The notes under the pieces were generated by a model. That model saw only the letters and a program-made list of their open reading frames with translations, had not been told where the DNA came from and did not search any database. Below, piece by piece: positions 9,780 to 19,009 of a stretch of DNA of 64,000 bases. Source of the DNA: a virus. Positions within the stretch are counted from its first letter, which is position 1; each line of letters begins with the position of its first letter. The position numbers and the translations under genes are program-made. The stretch lies in IMG/VR virus record IMGVR_UViG_3300015202_000003, positions 134,096-198,095 of that record; one strand, given 5' to 3'.

Positions 9780-10175
9780 ATGTTACAAGTAGATTTTCTT
9801 TCTTATATATTTCTTCGTTTGGGTTTTTCTGATGAGGTAGCTTATCAAAAGACGTTAAGCGAACAAGACAGGGTTTTAGTTTATATTCCGTTAGATTTTA
9901 ATTTGTTAGAATCTAACTTTCGGGTATGTGAATCTTTAATTTTACAAACTCAGTTTGATTTTGATAAGATTACGTTACCTTATAAATACTTCGATTTCGG
10001 TTCAAAGAGTTGGGTAAATGTTAAATTAGATTTTGAGTTATTTAAATCTGGTGTGCAATTGGAAGTTACAACCACGTCTGTAGAGGTTAAATCTCCCAGT
10101 GGAGTTTTATTGGAGTGTCCAACTTTTGCATTGAGGGACATCTTTTTACCGGAATATAAAACACAAAATGATTAG
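9780..10175 (+). CDS. Hypothetical protein
   Basis: 131-aa ORF overlapping the start of the peptidase gene. Confidence 0.65.
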   Translation: MLQVDFLSYIFLRLGFSDEVAYQKTLSEQDRVLVYIPLDFNLLESNFRVCESLILQTQFDFDKITLPYKYFDFGSKSWVNVKLDFELFKSGVQLEVTTTSVEVKSPSGVLLECPTFALRDIFLPEYKTQND

Positions 10176-11574
10176 CAACATTTACAAAATGGATGAATTT
10201 TTAGAGGGTTTTTCCGTCCGTCCTATTCCTCCAACTCTTAGCACAAATTTATTGGATATAAATTTAATTTACCCTGTAAAACAAAACGGCGTTCCGGGCA
10301 TGGCTCAGACCATTATAGAAGTTAAAAAAAGTTCTGCTTTAAAAACTAATATTTCAACTGCTCAAGTAAATTTTAATAAAGACGGTATTTCAACTTTAGA
10401 CCCTAATTGGAAAGTAAATTCACAGTGGGATTCTTATTCTTCTGTAGGAAAACCTTTAGGAATTAAGAATGAAAAAATTCTTCCGGAGTGCGATGCTTAT
10501 TCTTTTTGGAAGCAGTGTGAAAAAGAAATTTACGATACTATTTACATAGCTGCTAAATCTTCTTATTTAGTTTTGATGGGGATTGATAAAACTGTTGTTA
10601 AAAGTTCAGGGATGTATGCTGCCATTGGGCCTAAACAATCTACTTTAAAAGCGACAGGAAAATATGTTTTTGAAATGGTTTTTAATCCGAGCAATTTATT
10701 AAAGGTTGCTTTGGATTTTTATTTTTATTATCGAGAATATTTTAAAACTTTTAAAGACGCTTTTATTTACACCTATGCTTTTATTTTCATACATGAAACG
10801 TTACATCTTTCGATGGATCATTTCACGACAAAAAACAAAGACTTACAAGATTTACAAGCTGAGGGCGGGGGAGGTCACATGACAATTAATAAATTAGCGG
10901 ATATGACAATCAATTTAAGAACCGCTAAAAGATTAAGTTATTTAACTAAGTCTGTAGCTTTAAGACCGATTGGTTTTTATACTACAAAAACAGAGTTTCA
11001 TGGTAATGCCAGCTCTAATTTTTTTAAGTTTTCTGATTTATCTTCTTTACTTTCAAAAATTTTTGGTTTTTCATTTAGTTTTAGCTCTGTCCCTTCTAAT
11101 TTAGGAGCCTACGAAATTAACCCGACAGATTGGATTAACATGGAACTTACGATAAGTCCTGATTTAGTAGATGATTTTTTTAATTCCAGTTCAACTTCTT
11201 TTTTGTCTTTTGCAAAAAATATAAGAGATTTCTTTTTAATTAATCCCGAAGTGGGGAGTTTAAGTTATGCTCAGAAAAAAGAGAAGGAGATAAAAATTTC
11301 TTTAGAGGATTTAGAACCTGCTGAAACTTGTGTAGGAGAGATTTTATATTCCGCTAAAGCTGGAAAGGCGTTGGGTGATTTATCAGAAGAAAACTTAGGT
11401 AGAATTATATCTATTTGTTCTGTTCTTTCTTCTGAGAGAGGGAAATTAGTCGGGAATACAGACCCTCAAAAAATAGAAGATTACGGTGATTTGTTATATC
11501 AACAAATTGATAAGTTAAATAAGTTTTTAGTTGGTTTATTTCCTTCTCCGGAAATTTCTTTGGAAACGTCTTAA
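10168..11574 (+). CDS. HExxH metallopeptidase (DUF2201 N-terminal-like, MoxR-associated)
   Basis: FIFIHETLHLSMDH followed by INKLADMTINL, the 'HE..H...H...N.A.D..IN' signature. Confidence 0.8.
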   Translation: MISNIYKMDEFLEGFSVRPIPPTLSTNLLDINLIYPVKQNGVPGMAQTIIEVKKSSALKTNISTAQVNFNKDGISTLDPNWKVNSQWDSYSSVGKPLGIKNEKILPECDAYSFWKQCEKEIYDTIYIAAKSSYLVLMGIDKTVVKSSGMYAAIGPKQSTLKATGKYVFEMVFNPSNLLKVALDFYFYYREYFKTFKDAFIYTYAFIFIHETLHLSMDHFTTKNKDLQDLQAEGGGGHMTINKLADMTINLRTAKRLSYLTKSVALRPIGFYTTKTEFHGNASSNFFKFSDLSSLLSKIFGFSFSFSSVPSNLGAYEINPTDWINMELTISPDLVDDFFNSSSTSFLSFAKNIRDFFLINPEVGSLSYAQKKEKEIKISLEDLEPAETCVGEILYSAKAGKALGDLSEENLGRIISICSVLSSERGKLVGNTDPQKIEDYGDLLYQQIDKLNKFLVGLFPSPEISLETS

Positions 11575-11580
11575 AAAATT

Positions 11581-13299
11581 ATGTCAGATCAAGCAACAAT
11601 TTTAAAAAAAATAGCGGTTACAAATAAATTCGCAAAAGAAAAATTAACAGGTTTTAAATTTCCTTGGGGTGGAAAGCCTGATCCATTCGCCAGAGTTAAT
11701 GATTTAGAGGGTGGAGATATTACGATTAATTCCGGGGGCGGAGAAGATTCTCCTCCTTCTAATCCTTTGGACAAACAACCTCCTACAAAAAACAAAAATG
11801 GAACTGTTACTTTAATGGGACAGAACAGTTCTTCTCCTCCAAAAACAAAGGGGGAAGAAGAAAGCCCAGAAGACGATGATGCGAAAACTATTGATAAAAG
11901 AAATGGTGGCGAACCGGGACAAGATAACCAAGATAAAAATAATGAAAAAGGAGACGAAAAAGGAGATGAAAAACCACAGGGGGGACAACAAAAACCCCAA
12001 TCTCAAAATTCTGATTCTAAAAAAAATTCTGATTCTAAAAAAAATTCTGATTCAGAAGGTAAAAAATCCGATGAGGATATTGAAAATTATTTAGATGAAC
12101 AGGGTTTAACGGGAAAAGAAAGAGAAGATAAGAAAAAACAATTAGAAAAAGAACGCGGAAAAGATTCCGAGGAAGAAGATGAGGGTTCAGAAGGAGGGGA
12201 TGGTGTTTCCGGTTCAAATTCTTCTGAAGAAGGAAAACAAAAATCAAATTCTAAACCGGAACAAAAGGGCGGTGATGGGGGAGACACTCAAAATTCTCCG
12301 CAACAAGATTCTGGAAAACAAGAAGGCAAGGAGAAGGGGACTCCCGGCCAATCTGGTCAAGAGGGCGAAGAAAACACTCCTGACCCAACTTACAGCCCGG
12401 AAGATGCCTCTTACGATAAAGCGAAAGAAGACGCTAAAAATAGTCCAAGAGATTTTTCTGGTAAGAGCCAAACGGAGGAGCAAAAAGCATCTGAACAATT
12501 AATTAGAGATGCTTTAAAAAAAGCGGACGCAGAAAAGAAAGCGGACAACACTGATGATAACGGAAAACCTGTTGAAAAAGGAAAAGATTTAATAGCGGAT
12601 TCTTTAAAAGCGGACGGTGCGGGTGAAATGGTTCCTACTGATAATTCTTCTAATTTAAATTGGAAGTTAAGATTAAGAGATATTTTTAACAAGGGAATTA
12701 ACTCTGAAATTTATGTAGATATGACAGAGGTTTCCATTGTTGATAAAAGAGCAGATGGAAATATGAGAGACAAGCCCAAACCTAAAACAGTTGTTTTAAT
12801 TTGTGATATGTCTGGTTCGATGGATGAAACTAAATATAAATTAGCTTTTCAACAATTGGATGCTGTTTTACAAGCGTTACCAACCACTTCAGTAAAACCG
12901 GAAGTTGTTTTTTATACTTCTTACAATAACGCACAAAGCCATTTAATTAAGTTGAGAGGCCCAAGAAAAATATCTGATAAATTAAATAAGATGGTCGGTG
13001 CGGGTTCTGGAGAGTTAATTGTTTTCAATGAGAAGTTGCCTTATATGTTAACCCCCGATAAAATTGATTTGTTGATGTTTTTTACAGACGGTGAATTTAC
13101 AGAGTCCCTTCCGGGTAGTGGATATGGTAGAAAACCTTTAAATGATTATGCTGTAAGAACAATCCGACAGTTGGGAAGAGAGAAAAAATTATTTTGGGTT
13201 TTAACTCCCGATGGTGTTATTGATTCTTCTTATGGAACAAGCATAAAAGAAATAGACCCTTCTGCAAAAGCCCAAAAAAGAGTTGTATGGATGAGATAG
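11581..13299 (+). CDS. vWA-domain protein with a long acidic/Gly/Ser low-complexity N-terminal region
   Basis: MIDAS-like DMSGSM and FFTDG; NW...L motif before the vWA domain; NSDSKK tandem repeat at ~12005-12053. Confidence 0.85.
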   Translation: MSDQATILKKIAVTNKFAKEKLTGFKFPWGGKPDPFARVNDLEGGDITINSGGGEDSPPSNPLDKQPPTKNKNGTVTLMGQNSSSPPKTKGEEESPEDDDAKTIDKRNGGEPGQDNQDKNNEKGDEKGDEKPQGGQQKPQSQNSDSKKNSDSKKNSDSEGKKSDEDIENYLDEQGLTGKEREDKKKQLEKERGKDSEEEDEGSEGGDGVSGSNSSEEGKQKSNSKPEQKGGDGGDTQNSPQQDSGKQEGKEKGTPGQSGQEGEENTPDPTYSPEDASYDKAKEDAKNSPRDFSGKSQTEEQKASEQLIRDALKKADAEKKADNTDDNGKPVEKGKDLIADSLKADGAGEMVPTDNSSNLNWKLRLRDIFNKGINSEIYVDMTEVSIVDKRADGNMRDKPKPKTVVLICDMSGSMDETKYKLAFQQLDAVLQALPTTSVKPEVVFYTSYNNAQSHLIKLRGPRKISDKLNKMVGAGSGELIVFNEKLPYMLTPDKIDLLMFFTDGEFTESLPGSGYGRKPLNDYAVRTIRQLGREKKLFWVLTPDGVIDSSYGTSIKEIDPSAKAQKRVVWMR

Positions 13300-13330
13300 G
13301 AATTAAGTTAGAAAAATTTTAATTTGTAAT

Positions 13331-13368
13331 AAAAACCCTGTTAGATTAAATTTCTAACGGGGTTTTTT
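13331..13368 (+). terminator. Intrinsic terminator
   Basis: AAAAACCCTGTTAGA-loop-TCTAACGGGGTTTTTT. Confidence 0.75.
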
Positions 13369-13458
13369 GTTATTTTTTTATTAAAAGTTAAAAATTAAAA
13401 TTTGAATGCATATAGAAAAAAGAAATCTTTTTAATTTGTTTTAAAAAGAGTTTTTTTC

Positions 13459-15099
13459 ATGCTTCAAGTCTTAAACGAACAAGTAGGCCACATTACAGAA
13501 TCTCGCAGGGTATCTAAGCCCGGAGTGTTGCGTGAAATGGAGGGTATTTTTTCGGTGTCGGATAGAGTTTCTTTGAGTGACAATCGGAACAACCGTTTAT
13601 ATTCAGAAAATTTATTGAGAAATAAAATTTTAAATTCTCCTCAGACACAGGAGAAGATGAATAAGAAATGTTTGTTAGGGGAAGCGGATCATCCGGCAGA
13701 TAGATTGGAAGTTCGTATTAACGAGGTTTCTCACAGGGTAGCGGAGATGTATTACGAAGACGGCTACATAAAAGGTAGAATAGAAGTATTGGATACACCT
13801 TCTGGGAGAATTGTTGATACGTTAAGTGAAGCGGGCGTTCAGATTGGGATTTCTTCAAGGGCGGAGGGAAGTTTAAAAGATGAGGGTTCTAAGAAGCGTG
13901 TGAATGAGAACGATTATTTTTTTCATACATACGATTTAGTTTTGAATCCGGGTTTTGCATCTTCCGTATTAAGTCCGGTGTTGGAATCTGTTGCAGAGAA
14001 CTCTTCTACTCTAAAAACAATGGAAGAGCAAGTAGGAATTTTAATTGAAGAAGAGACAAATTTATCAACTTTAAATGTTTATGAATCTGTTTTACGTTCA
14101 ATTGGAAGTTCTGTTTTAAATCCGTTGTTAGAAAAGTTAGAAGAGAAAAAAGATTCGTTACAAGTAAGTTCTCCAAAAGAAATAGAAATTCCGGCTCACA
14201 CTTTGGGTTTGATTGAATCTTTATATCGGGAGCAAAAAGAAAGTAACGAAGAGATAGAATCTTTGCAAAAACAATTGAAACAGAAAAATTTTCAGAACAC
14301 TTTCTCTGAAGACAAAGAGCTATTGGCTCAAGAATTAGCTGTTTCAGAAGGTTTCTTAAAAGAAGCTGAACAAGTTAGTTTCCATTTTAAAGAAAAGGTA
14401 GAAGAGTTAGAAGAAGAGTTGGAATCAACTCGGAAGTTTCGTTCACGCAATTTAAATTCTCAAAGAAAAATCAACGAATTAGAAGTTGGTTTAAAAGAAA
14501 AAGAAGAGGAGTTAGAAATTATTTTCCAAGAGCGAGCAGAGTTGGAAAGCAAATTAGAAGAGAGAAAAAGAGAATTTGAAGAGGGGTTGAACGAATCAAA
14601 TAGGAACTACGAATTTTTAGAAAAGAGAAGTTTAATTTTGTTAGAGTTGTTAACAACTCACGAAGAGGATTTCTTGGCTGAGTGTTTAGAGTTTTCTCGC
14701 GGTTTGAATGAAAGTTTAGTAGAGAAATTAAAATCTGGCTCTAAGTTTTTTTACGATACAAAAGAAAATGTTGTAGAAGAGAACAGAAAAACAGTTTCTA
14801 ATAAAACTACTCTTAATCAATTAGAAGAGAACATTGAAGAAAAAACTGTTGAGTCTAATTTTTTGGGCGGGGACAATGTTTTTGAACATGGTTTATCTGA
14901 TAAGAAACCTTTCAAAAATTCTTCTAATTCTAATAAGTTAGAAAAGAAGGGAGTTAAAACCAATCAAATTTTATTTGAATCTCAGCCAGTAAAAGTTGTT
15001 AGTTCAAAAGAAGATTTCCAAGCAGAAAATGCTTTGGGATTACCTTCTGGTCACATGAGTAAGTTTAGTCGTTTATTTACGTCTTTGTCTTCAGGTTAG
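13459..15099 (+). CDS. Prohead core protease (gp21-like) fused to a coiled-coil scaffold
   Basis: NRNNRLYS, LGEADHP, LDTPSG, GISSRAEGS and YDLVLNPGF motifs; Glu-rich coiled-coil C-terminal half. Confidence 0.92.
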   Translation: MLQVLNEQVGHITESRRVSKPGVLREMEGIFSVSDRVSLSDNRNNRLYSENLLRNKILNSPQTQEKMNKKCLLGEADHPADRLEVRINEVSHRVAEMYYEDGYIKGRIEVLDTPSGRIVDTLSEAGVQIGISSRAEGSLKDEGSKKRVNENDYFFHTYDLVLNPGFASSVLSPVLESVAENSSTLKTMEEQVGILIEEETNLSTLNVYESVLRSIGSSVLNPLLEKLEEKKDSLQVSSPKEIEIPAHTLGLIESLYREQKESNEEIESLQKQLKQKNFQNTFSEDKELLAQELAVSEGFLKEAEQVSFHFKEKVEELEEELESTRKFRSRNLNSQRKINELEVGLKEKEEELEIIFQERAELESKLEERKREFEEGLNESNRNYEFLEKRSLILLELLTTHEEDFLAECLEFSRGLNESLVEKLKSGSKFFYDTKENVVEENRKTVSNKTTLNQLEENIEEKTVESNFLGGDNVFEHGLSDKKPFKNSSNSNKLEKKGVKTNQILFESQPVKVVSSKEDFQAENALGLPSGHMSKFSRLFTSLSSG

Positions 15100-15121
15100 A
15101 AAAGCATTTCAAAAAATTTTT

Positions 15122-16549
15122 ATGAACACCCTTGATGGAACACCTTTAATGGAAAATGCGCGTCGGGACAATACCGAGCGTCTTTTTGAAACATGGACTC
15201 CTTACCTTTCAAAAGTTATGGAGCATCGCCCTAATCTTTCAGAGCTTGCGGCTTACAACTTAGCCCAAGTTTTAGAAAACACTCGTTCTTTATTTTCTGG
15301 CGCCAATCGCGGAAGAGTTAACGAGACAACTCAAGTTGGAGATGTAAACCAAGATCGTCATTTTTATTATGACGTAATTGCCAGCGTATTTCCCAACATG
15401 GTAGCTCAACAGTTTGTTTCTGTTCAGCCAATGACTTCCCGTATTGGAGTTATTTCTTTCTTAGATTATTCTTACGGTTCTAACAAAGGTTCTATTAATC
15501 GTGGCGAGATTATGCAAAATCCTCGCACGGGTCATAGAATTGGAACTGGGGCCACTAACTATACTGGGGAAATTATTGATAATGAAGAGGTCGGTAACAC
15601 AGGTGGAACAGCTTATACGGGTAGTTTGAGCTATTTGCCCGTTCGTCCCGGTTCAGTTATTTTTACAATCGGTGCTATTAGATTAATTGATAACGGTTCT
15701 GGTGTTTTGGTTAACGGTAATTCAACGGGAACACCTCTAACAAGTGCGGCTGCGACTGTTAGCTACGATAACGGTCAGTTTGCTTTGACGCTTTCTGCTT
15801 CAGCAACGGATAACGTTTATGTAACGTATGAATATAATAATGAACATTCTCCTTCACAAGTGCCGGAGATGAACATTCATATTGACAACCGTTCAATTAC
15901 TGCTCGTTCAAGAAAATTAAAAGCTCTTTATGCTTTGGACGGTGCTTACGATGTTCAGACTCAGTTTGGTTTGGACATGGATGAACTTATTCTAAAAGCC
16001 GCGTCTTCGGAAATCATGTATGAGTTAGACTCAGAGATTTTCAATGACCTTCTTTTGGGAGCTTCTGGCACTTCAACTTGGTATTCCAAGCCACCCCAAG
16101 CGGTTTCGATGCTTGACCACAAAACAACTTTTGTGGATGAATTGATTAGTGCATCTAACTCAATTTATAGCGCGACACAGCGTTATGGCGGTAACTTCGT
16201 AGTGGCGGGCGTTGGCGCTTGTTCTGTTTTGGAATCTTTAGGAGCCCCTCGTTTCGTTTCAACTGGTGTTACTGGAAACGGCCCCCACATTTGCGGTGTT
16301 TTGGATGGTAAGTGGCAAATCATTAAAAATCCTTATTATAACATTGACACTTATTTAGTGGGTTATAAGGGTGAAAGTCCAATTGATGCTGGCTATGTTT
16401 GGGCGCCTTATCGTCCGTTGTTTTCAACTCAGTTAATTCAAACTGCTGACTTTACGGCTCAAAGAGGATTCTCTTCAATGAACGGCAAAGCAATGATTAA
16501 TCCCGGTGCTTATGTTCGTGGCACAATTATTCATACTCAGGCTCCGTAA
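15122..16549 (+). CDS. Major capsid protein (gp23-like)
   Basis: QVLENT, VSVQPM, ITARSRKLKA, LVGYKG..IDAGYVWAPY.PL motifs; follows the protease gene. Confidence 0.95.
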   Translation: MNTLDGTPLMENARRDNTERLFETWTPYLSKVMEHRPNLSELAAYNLAQVLENTRSLFSGANRGRVNETTQVGDVNQDRHFYYDVIASVFPNMVAQQFVSVQPMTSRIGVISFLDYSYGSNKGSINRGEIMQNPRTGHRIGTGATNYTGEIIDNEEVGNTGGTAYTGSLSYLPVRPGSVIFTIGAIRLIDNGSGVLVNGNSTGTPLTSAAATVSYDNGQFALTLSASATDNVYVTYEYNNEHSPSQVPEMNIHIDNRSITARSRKLKALYALDGAYDVQTQFGLDMDELILKAASSEIMYELDSEIFNDLLLGASGTSTWYSKPPQAVSMLDHKTTFVDELISASNSIYSATQRYGGNFVVAGVGACSVLESLGAPRFVSTGVTGNGPHICGVLDGKWQIIKNPYYNIDTYLVGYKGESPIDAGYVWAPYRPLFSTQLIQTADFTAQRGFSSMNGKAMINPGAYVRGTIIHTQAP

Positions 16550-16672
16550 TAAATTTTAGCGGGTAAAAAACTAAGTTAAAAAATTAAGAAAGAGTGATGT
16601 TTTGGGAAAGGATTTTAAAACCTCTTTTTTAGAACTTCGCTCTTTTTTAGTTTAGAAAAGAGAAAAAAAATT

Positions 16673-17383
16673 ATGTCAAATACAAACAGTGAAAATAACG
16701 ATGCCGTGGGTTTAGATTACGGCCAAACTAATGAAGTTCCAAACGATGCCAACCCTAAAATTTCATCTGGGGCACCTGAAGGAAAAGTTTTAGGTTATGT
16801 TGAATCTTCTGATGAGGTTTCGGAAGCCGCTCTTCCAGTAAAAGAAGAATTAAAAGCGGTAGGTGCGGATTACGGTTCACAAAACGCATCTCACAATGAC
16901 GTTAACCCTAAAATTCCATCTGGGGCACCTGAAGGGGAGGTTTTGGGTTATGTTGAATCTTCTGATGAGGTTTCAAACTCTAAAACACCTGTTAAGGATG
17001 AAATAAATGCTTTAGGTGGCGGTGACTACGGGCATACTAATGAAGTTCCTAATGACGCCAACCCTAAGATTCCTTCGGGTGCCCCAGAAGGGGAAGTTTT
17101 AGGTTATGCTTTACCAACAAGCATTAGAGAGGATACGGTGGAACCTTTTACGGCTTCTCCCAACACAGAAGTCCCTGTTTTTGGAGGTGAGATTGACACC
17201 ACAAACGGTCAAGCTGATTCTTCTCGTGCTGCTAATGAAGTTGTAGGGGAAACAATTCCTGATTTAACTCAAACAGTTTTTCAAAACGTGGACAACGCAA
17301 CTAAAGTTTCTGTTTCTGAGGGTTTAGCGGATAGCACACAAAAGAAAGGGTTGCCAGACAGATCACTAACGAAAACTTTTTAA
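16673..17383 (+). CDS. Acidic repeat protein, probable head-associated
   Basis: Three ~44-aa repeats DYG..N....ND.NPKI.SGAPEG.VLGY; lies immediately after the capsid gene. Confidence 0.7.
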   Translation: MSNTNSENNDAVGLDYGQTNEVPNDANPKISSGAPEGKVLGYVESSDEVSEAALPVKEELKAVGADYGSQNASHNDVNPKIPSGAPEGEVLGYVESSDEVSNSKTPVKDEINALGGGDYGHTNEVPNDANPKIPSGAPEGEVLGYALPTSIREDTVEPFTASPNTEVPVFGGEIDTTNGQADSSRAANEVVGETIPDLTQTVFQNVDNATKVSVSEGLADSTQKKGLPDRSLTKTF

Positions 17384-17453
17384 AAATTAATTTAACTTAG
17401 AATCTTCGCTCTTTGTTTTATGTTATTTTTTAATTTAGGTTTAAATTTTCTCA

Positions 17454-18125
17454 ATGCCTAAAGTCACACAGCCACAAGTTGTCGCTTATGTCAAATCTTC
17501 TTTAGGTTATCCGAGTGTTAACATAGAAGTGTCTGATTCTGTGATAGAAGCTCATTTAGCGGTAGCTTTGTTGTTTGTGGCTCCTTATTATTCTGGAACT
17601 GTATTTTTAGAGAAGAATTTTAATACTGTTGTAGATTTAAGGGATGATAAAGTTGAAGAAGTGGTTCAGGTTTATGAAACCACTTCTTTAAACTCTGATT
17701 CTTTTGTTTCGGGTTTAAATTTTGGATTAGCTAATACATATAATTTAAGTGTAAATCCAATCGACAGAGCGATAAACTCTTATAATCAAGCGGAGTTAGT
17801 GTCTTCTTTGGGGAGAAACTTTAAATTTATTGATGGGAGGTTATACGTTTACGGATATGTAGCTTCTACAATTTCTATAGAGTGTTTAAAAACTTTGGAA
17901 TCTGTAGAAGAGTTGCGCGACCCTGTTATGATAAATTATCTTTTGGAGTATACTTTAGCCTTAACAAAAATAACTTTAGGAAATATCCGTAGAAAATTTA
18001 GTATTTCTTCTAACCCTGTTCAGATAGATGGTGATGCAATGGCTTCAGACGGTCAGAGTCAAAAAAGCGATTTAGAATCGAGAATAAAAGAGGGGAATGT
18101 AGGAATCTTTTTTGTTGAGAGGTAG
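17454..18125 (+). CDS. Neck/head-tail adaptor (gp13-like)
   Basis: YVKSSLGYPSVNIEV and YTLALTKITLGNIRRKF...IDGDAM motifs. Confidence 0.8.
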   Translation: MPKVTQPQVVAYVKSSLGYPSVNIEVSDSVIEAHLAVALLFVAPYYSGTVFLEKNFNTVVDLRDDKVEEVVQVYETTSLNSDSFVSGLNFGLANTYNLSVNPIDRAINSYNQAELVSSLGRNFKFIDGRLYVYGYVASTISIECLKTLESVEELRDPVMINYLLEYTLALTKITLGNIRRKFSISSNPVQIDGDAMASDGQSQKSDLESRIKEGNVGIFFVER

Positions 18126-18194
18126 AAGATTAGAGTTTTTATTTTAAAAATTTAAAATAAAAAGAAGATATGAAAGATAAAATTTAAAAGGAAT

Positions 18195-18959
18195 ATGTTT
18201 AATTCTTACATTCAGAATCAAGTAGAACAAAAGTTTTCTTCTTATTTCGGCCCCAAATTATTTTTACAAAAATTTAAGTCTTCTCTAAATAAACTTGAAT
18301 TTTTAAATTCGGGTGCTACTTCAGGTATTCAATTTACGATTTTCTTTGATGCGTCTCAGATAAATGGGACGTGTTGGAACTCAAAAGACCCTGAAGACTT
18401 CACAAATTTCACAAAGTATACATCTGAGGGATGCGTAGATTCTTATTTAAGTTTTGTTATTTCTTTTTGTCAATGGTTGGAAGAGACTTTTAATTATTCA
18501 AAAACCCCTGAATATATTTCTCAATCGGTTTTAGCAAAAACTCCAGAAACAAAACAAAATCCTTTTTTCTTAAATATGAGTAAGCTAAGAGAAAAAGGAG
18601 ATGGGGATTCGGGGGTGTTTTTAAATTATTCTCCTAATTTATATTCTTCTCCGATGGGGGAGGGTTCTTCCAATGTAGATTTAAAAGAGGTTTATATTTT
18701 TTGTGAGCGTCAAATTAAGGGTCAGTTGTTGGAGAATAGGGTTCAATTAATTTTAAACGAAGACAGTGTTGAATTACTTTATCCTAAATATGAAGCTGTT
18801 TTACGAGCAACAATCGGGGGTAATTTTGAAATAGTTTCTTCAATTGCTTTACCTTCTAAGTTTTCAATTGATTATTCTTCTCCGATTAGCACACAAAATA
18901 TGTGTCGTATTTTTTCTCGTTGGTTTTTTTGTGAAAGTGAGTTAGGTTTCTATTTATAA
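18195..18959 (+). CDS. Hypothetical protein
   Basis: 254-aa ORF in the structural operon. Confidence 0.7.
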   Translation: MFNSYIQNQVEQKFSSYFGPKLFLQKFKSSLNKLEFLNSGATSGIQFTIFFDASQINGTCWNSKDPEDFTNFTKYTSEGCVDSYLSFVISFCQWLEETFNYSKTPEYISQSVLAKTPETKQNPFFLNMSKLREKGDGDSGVFLNYSPNLYSSPMGEGSSNVDLKEVYIFCERQIKGQLLENRVQLILNEDSVELLYPKYEAVLRATIGGNFEIVSSIALPSKFSIDYSSPISTQNMCRIFSRWFFCESELGFYL

Positions 18960-19009
18960 TTAACAATTTAATATAGGAATTTAGAAAGAAAAATTTAAAT
19001 TTTTAAATC

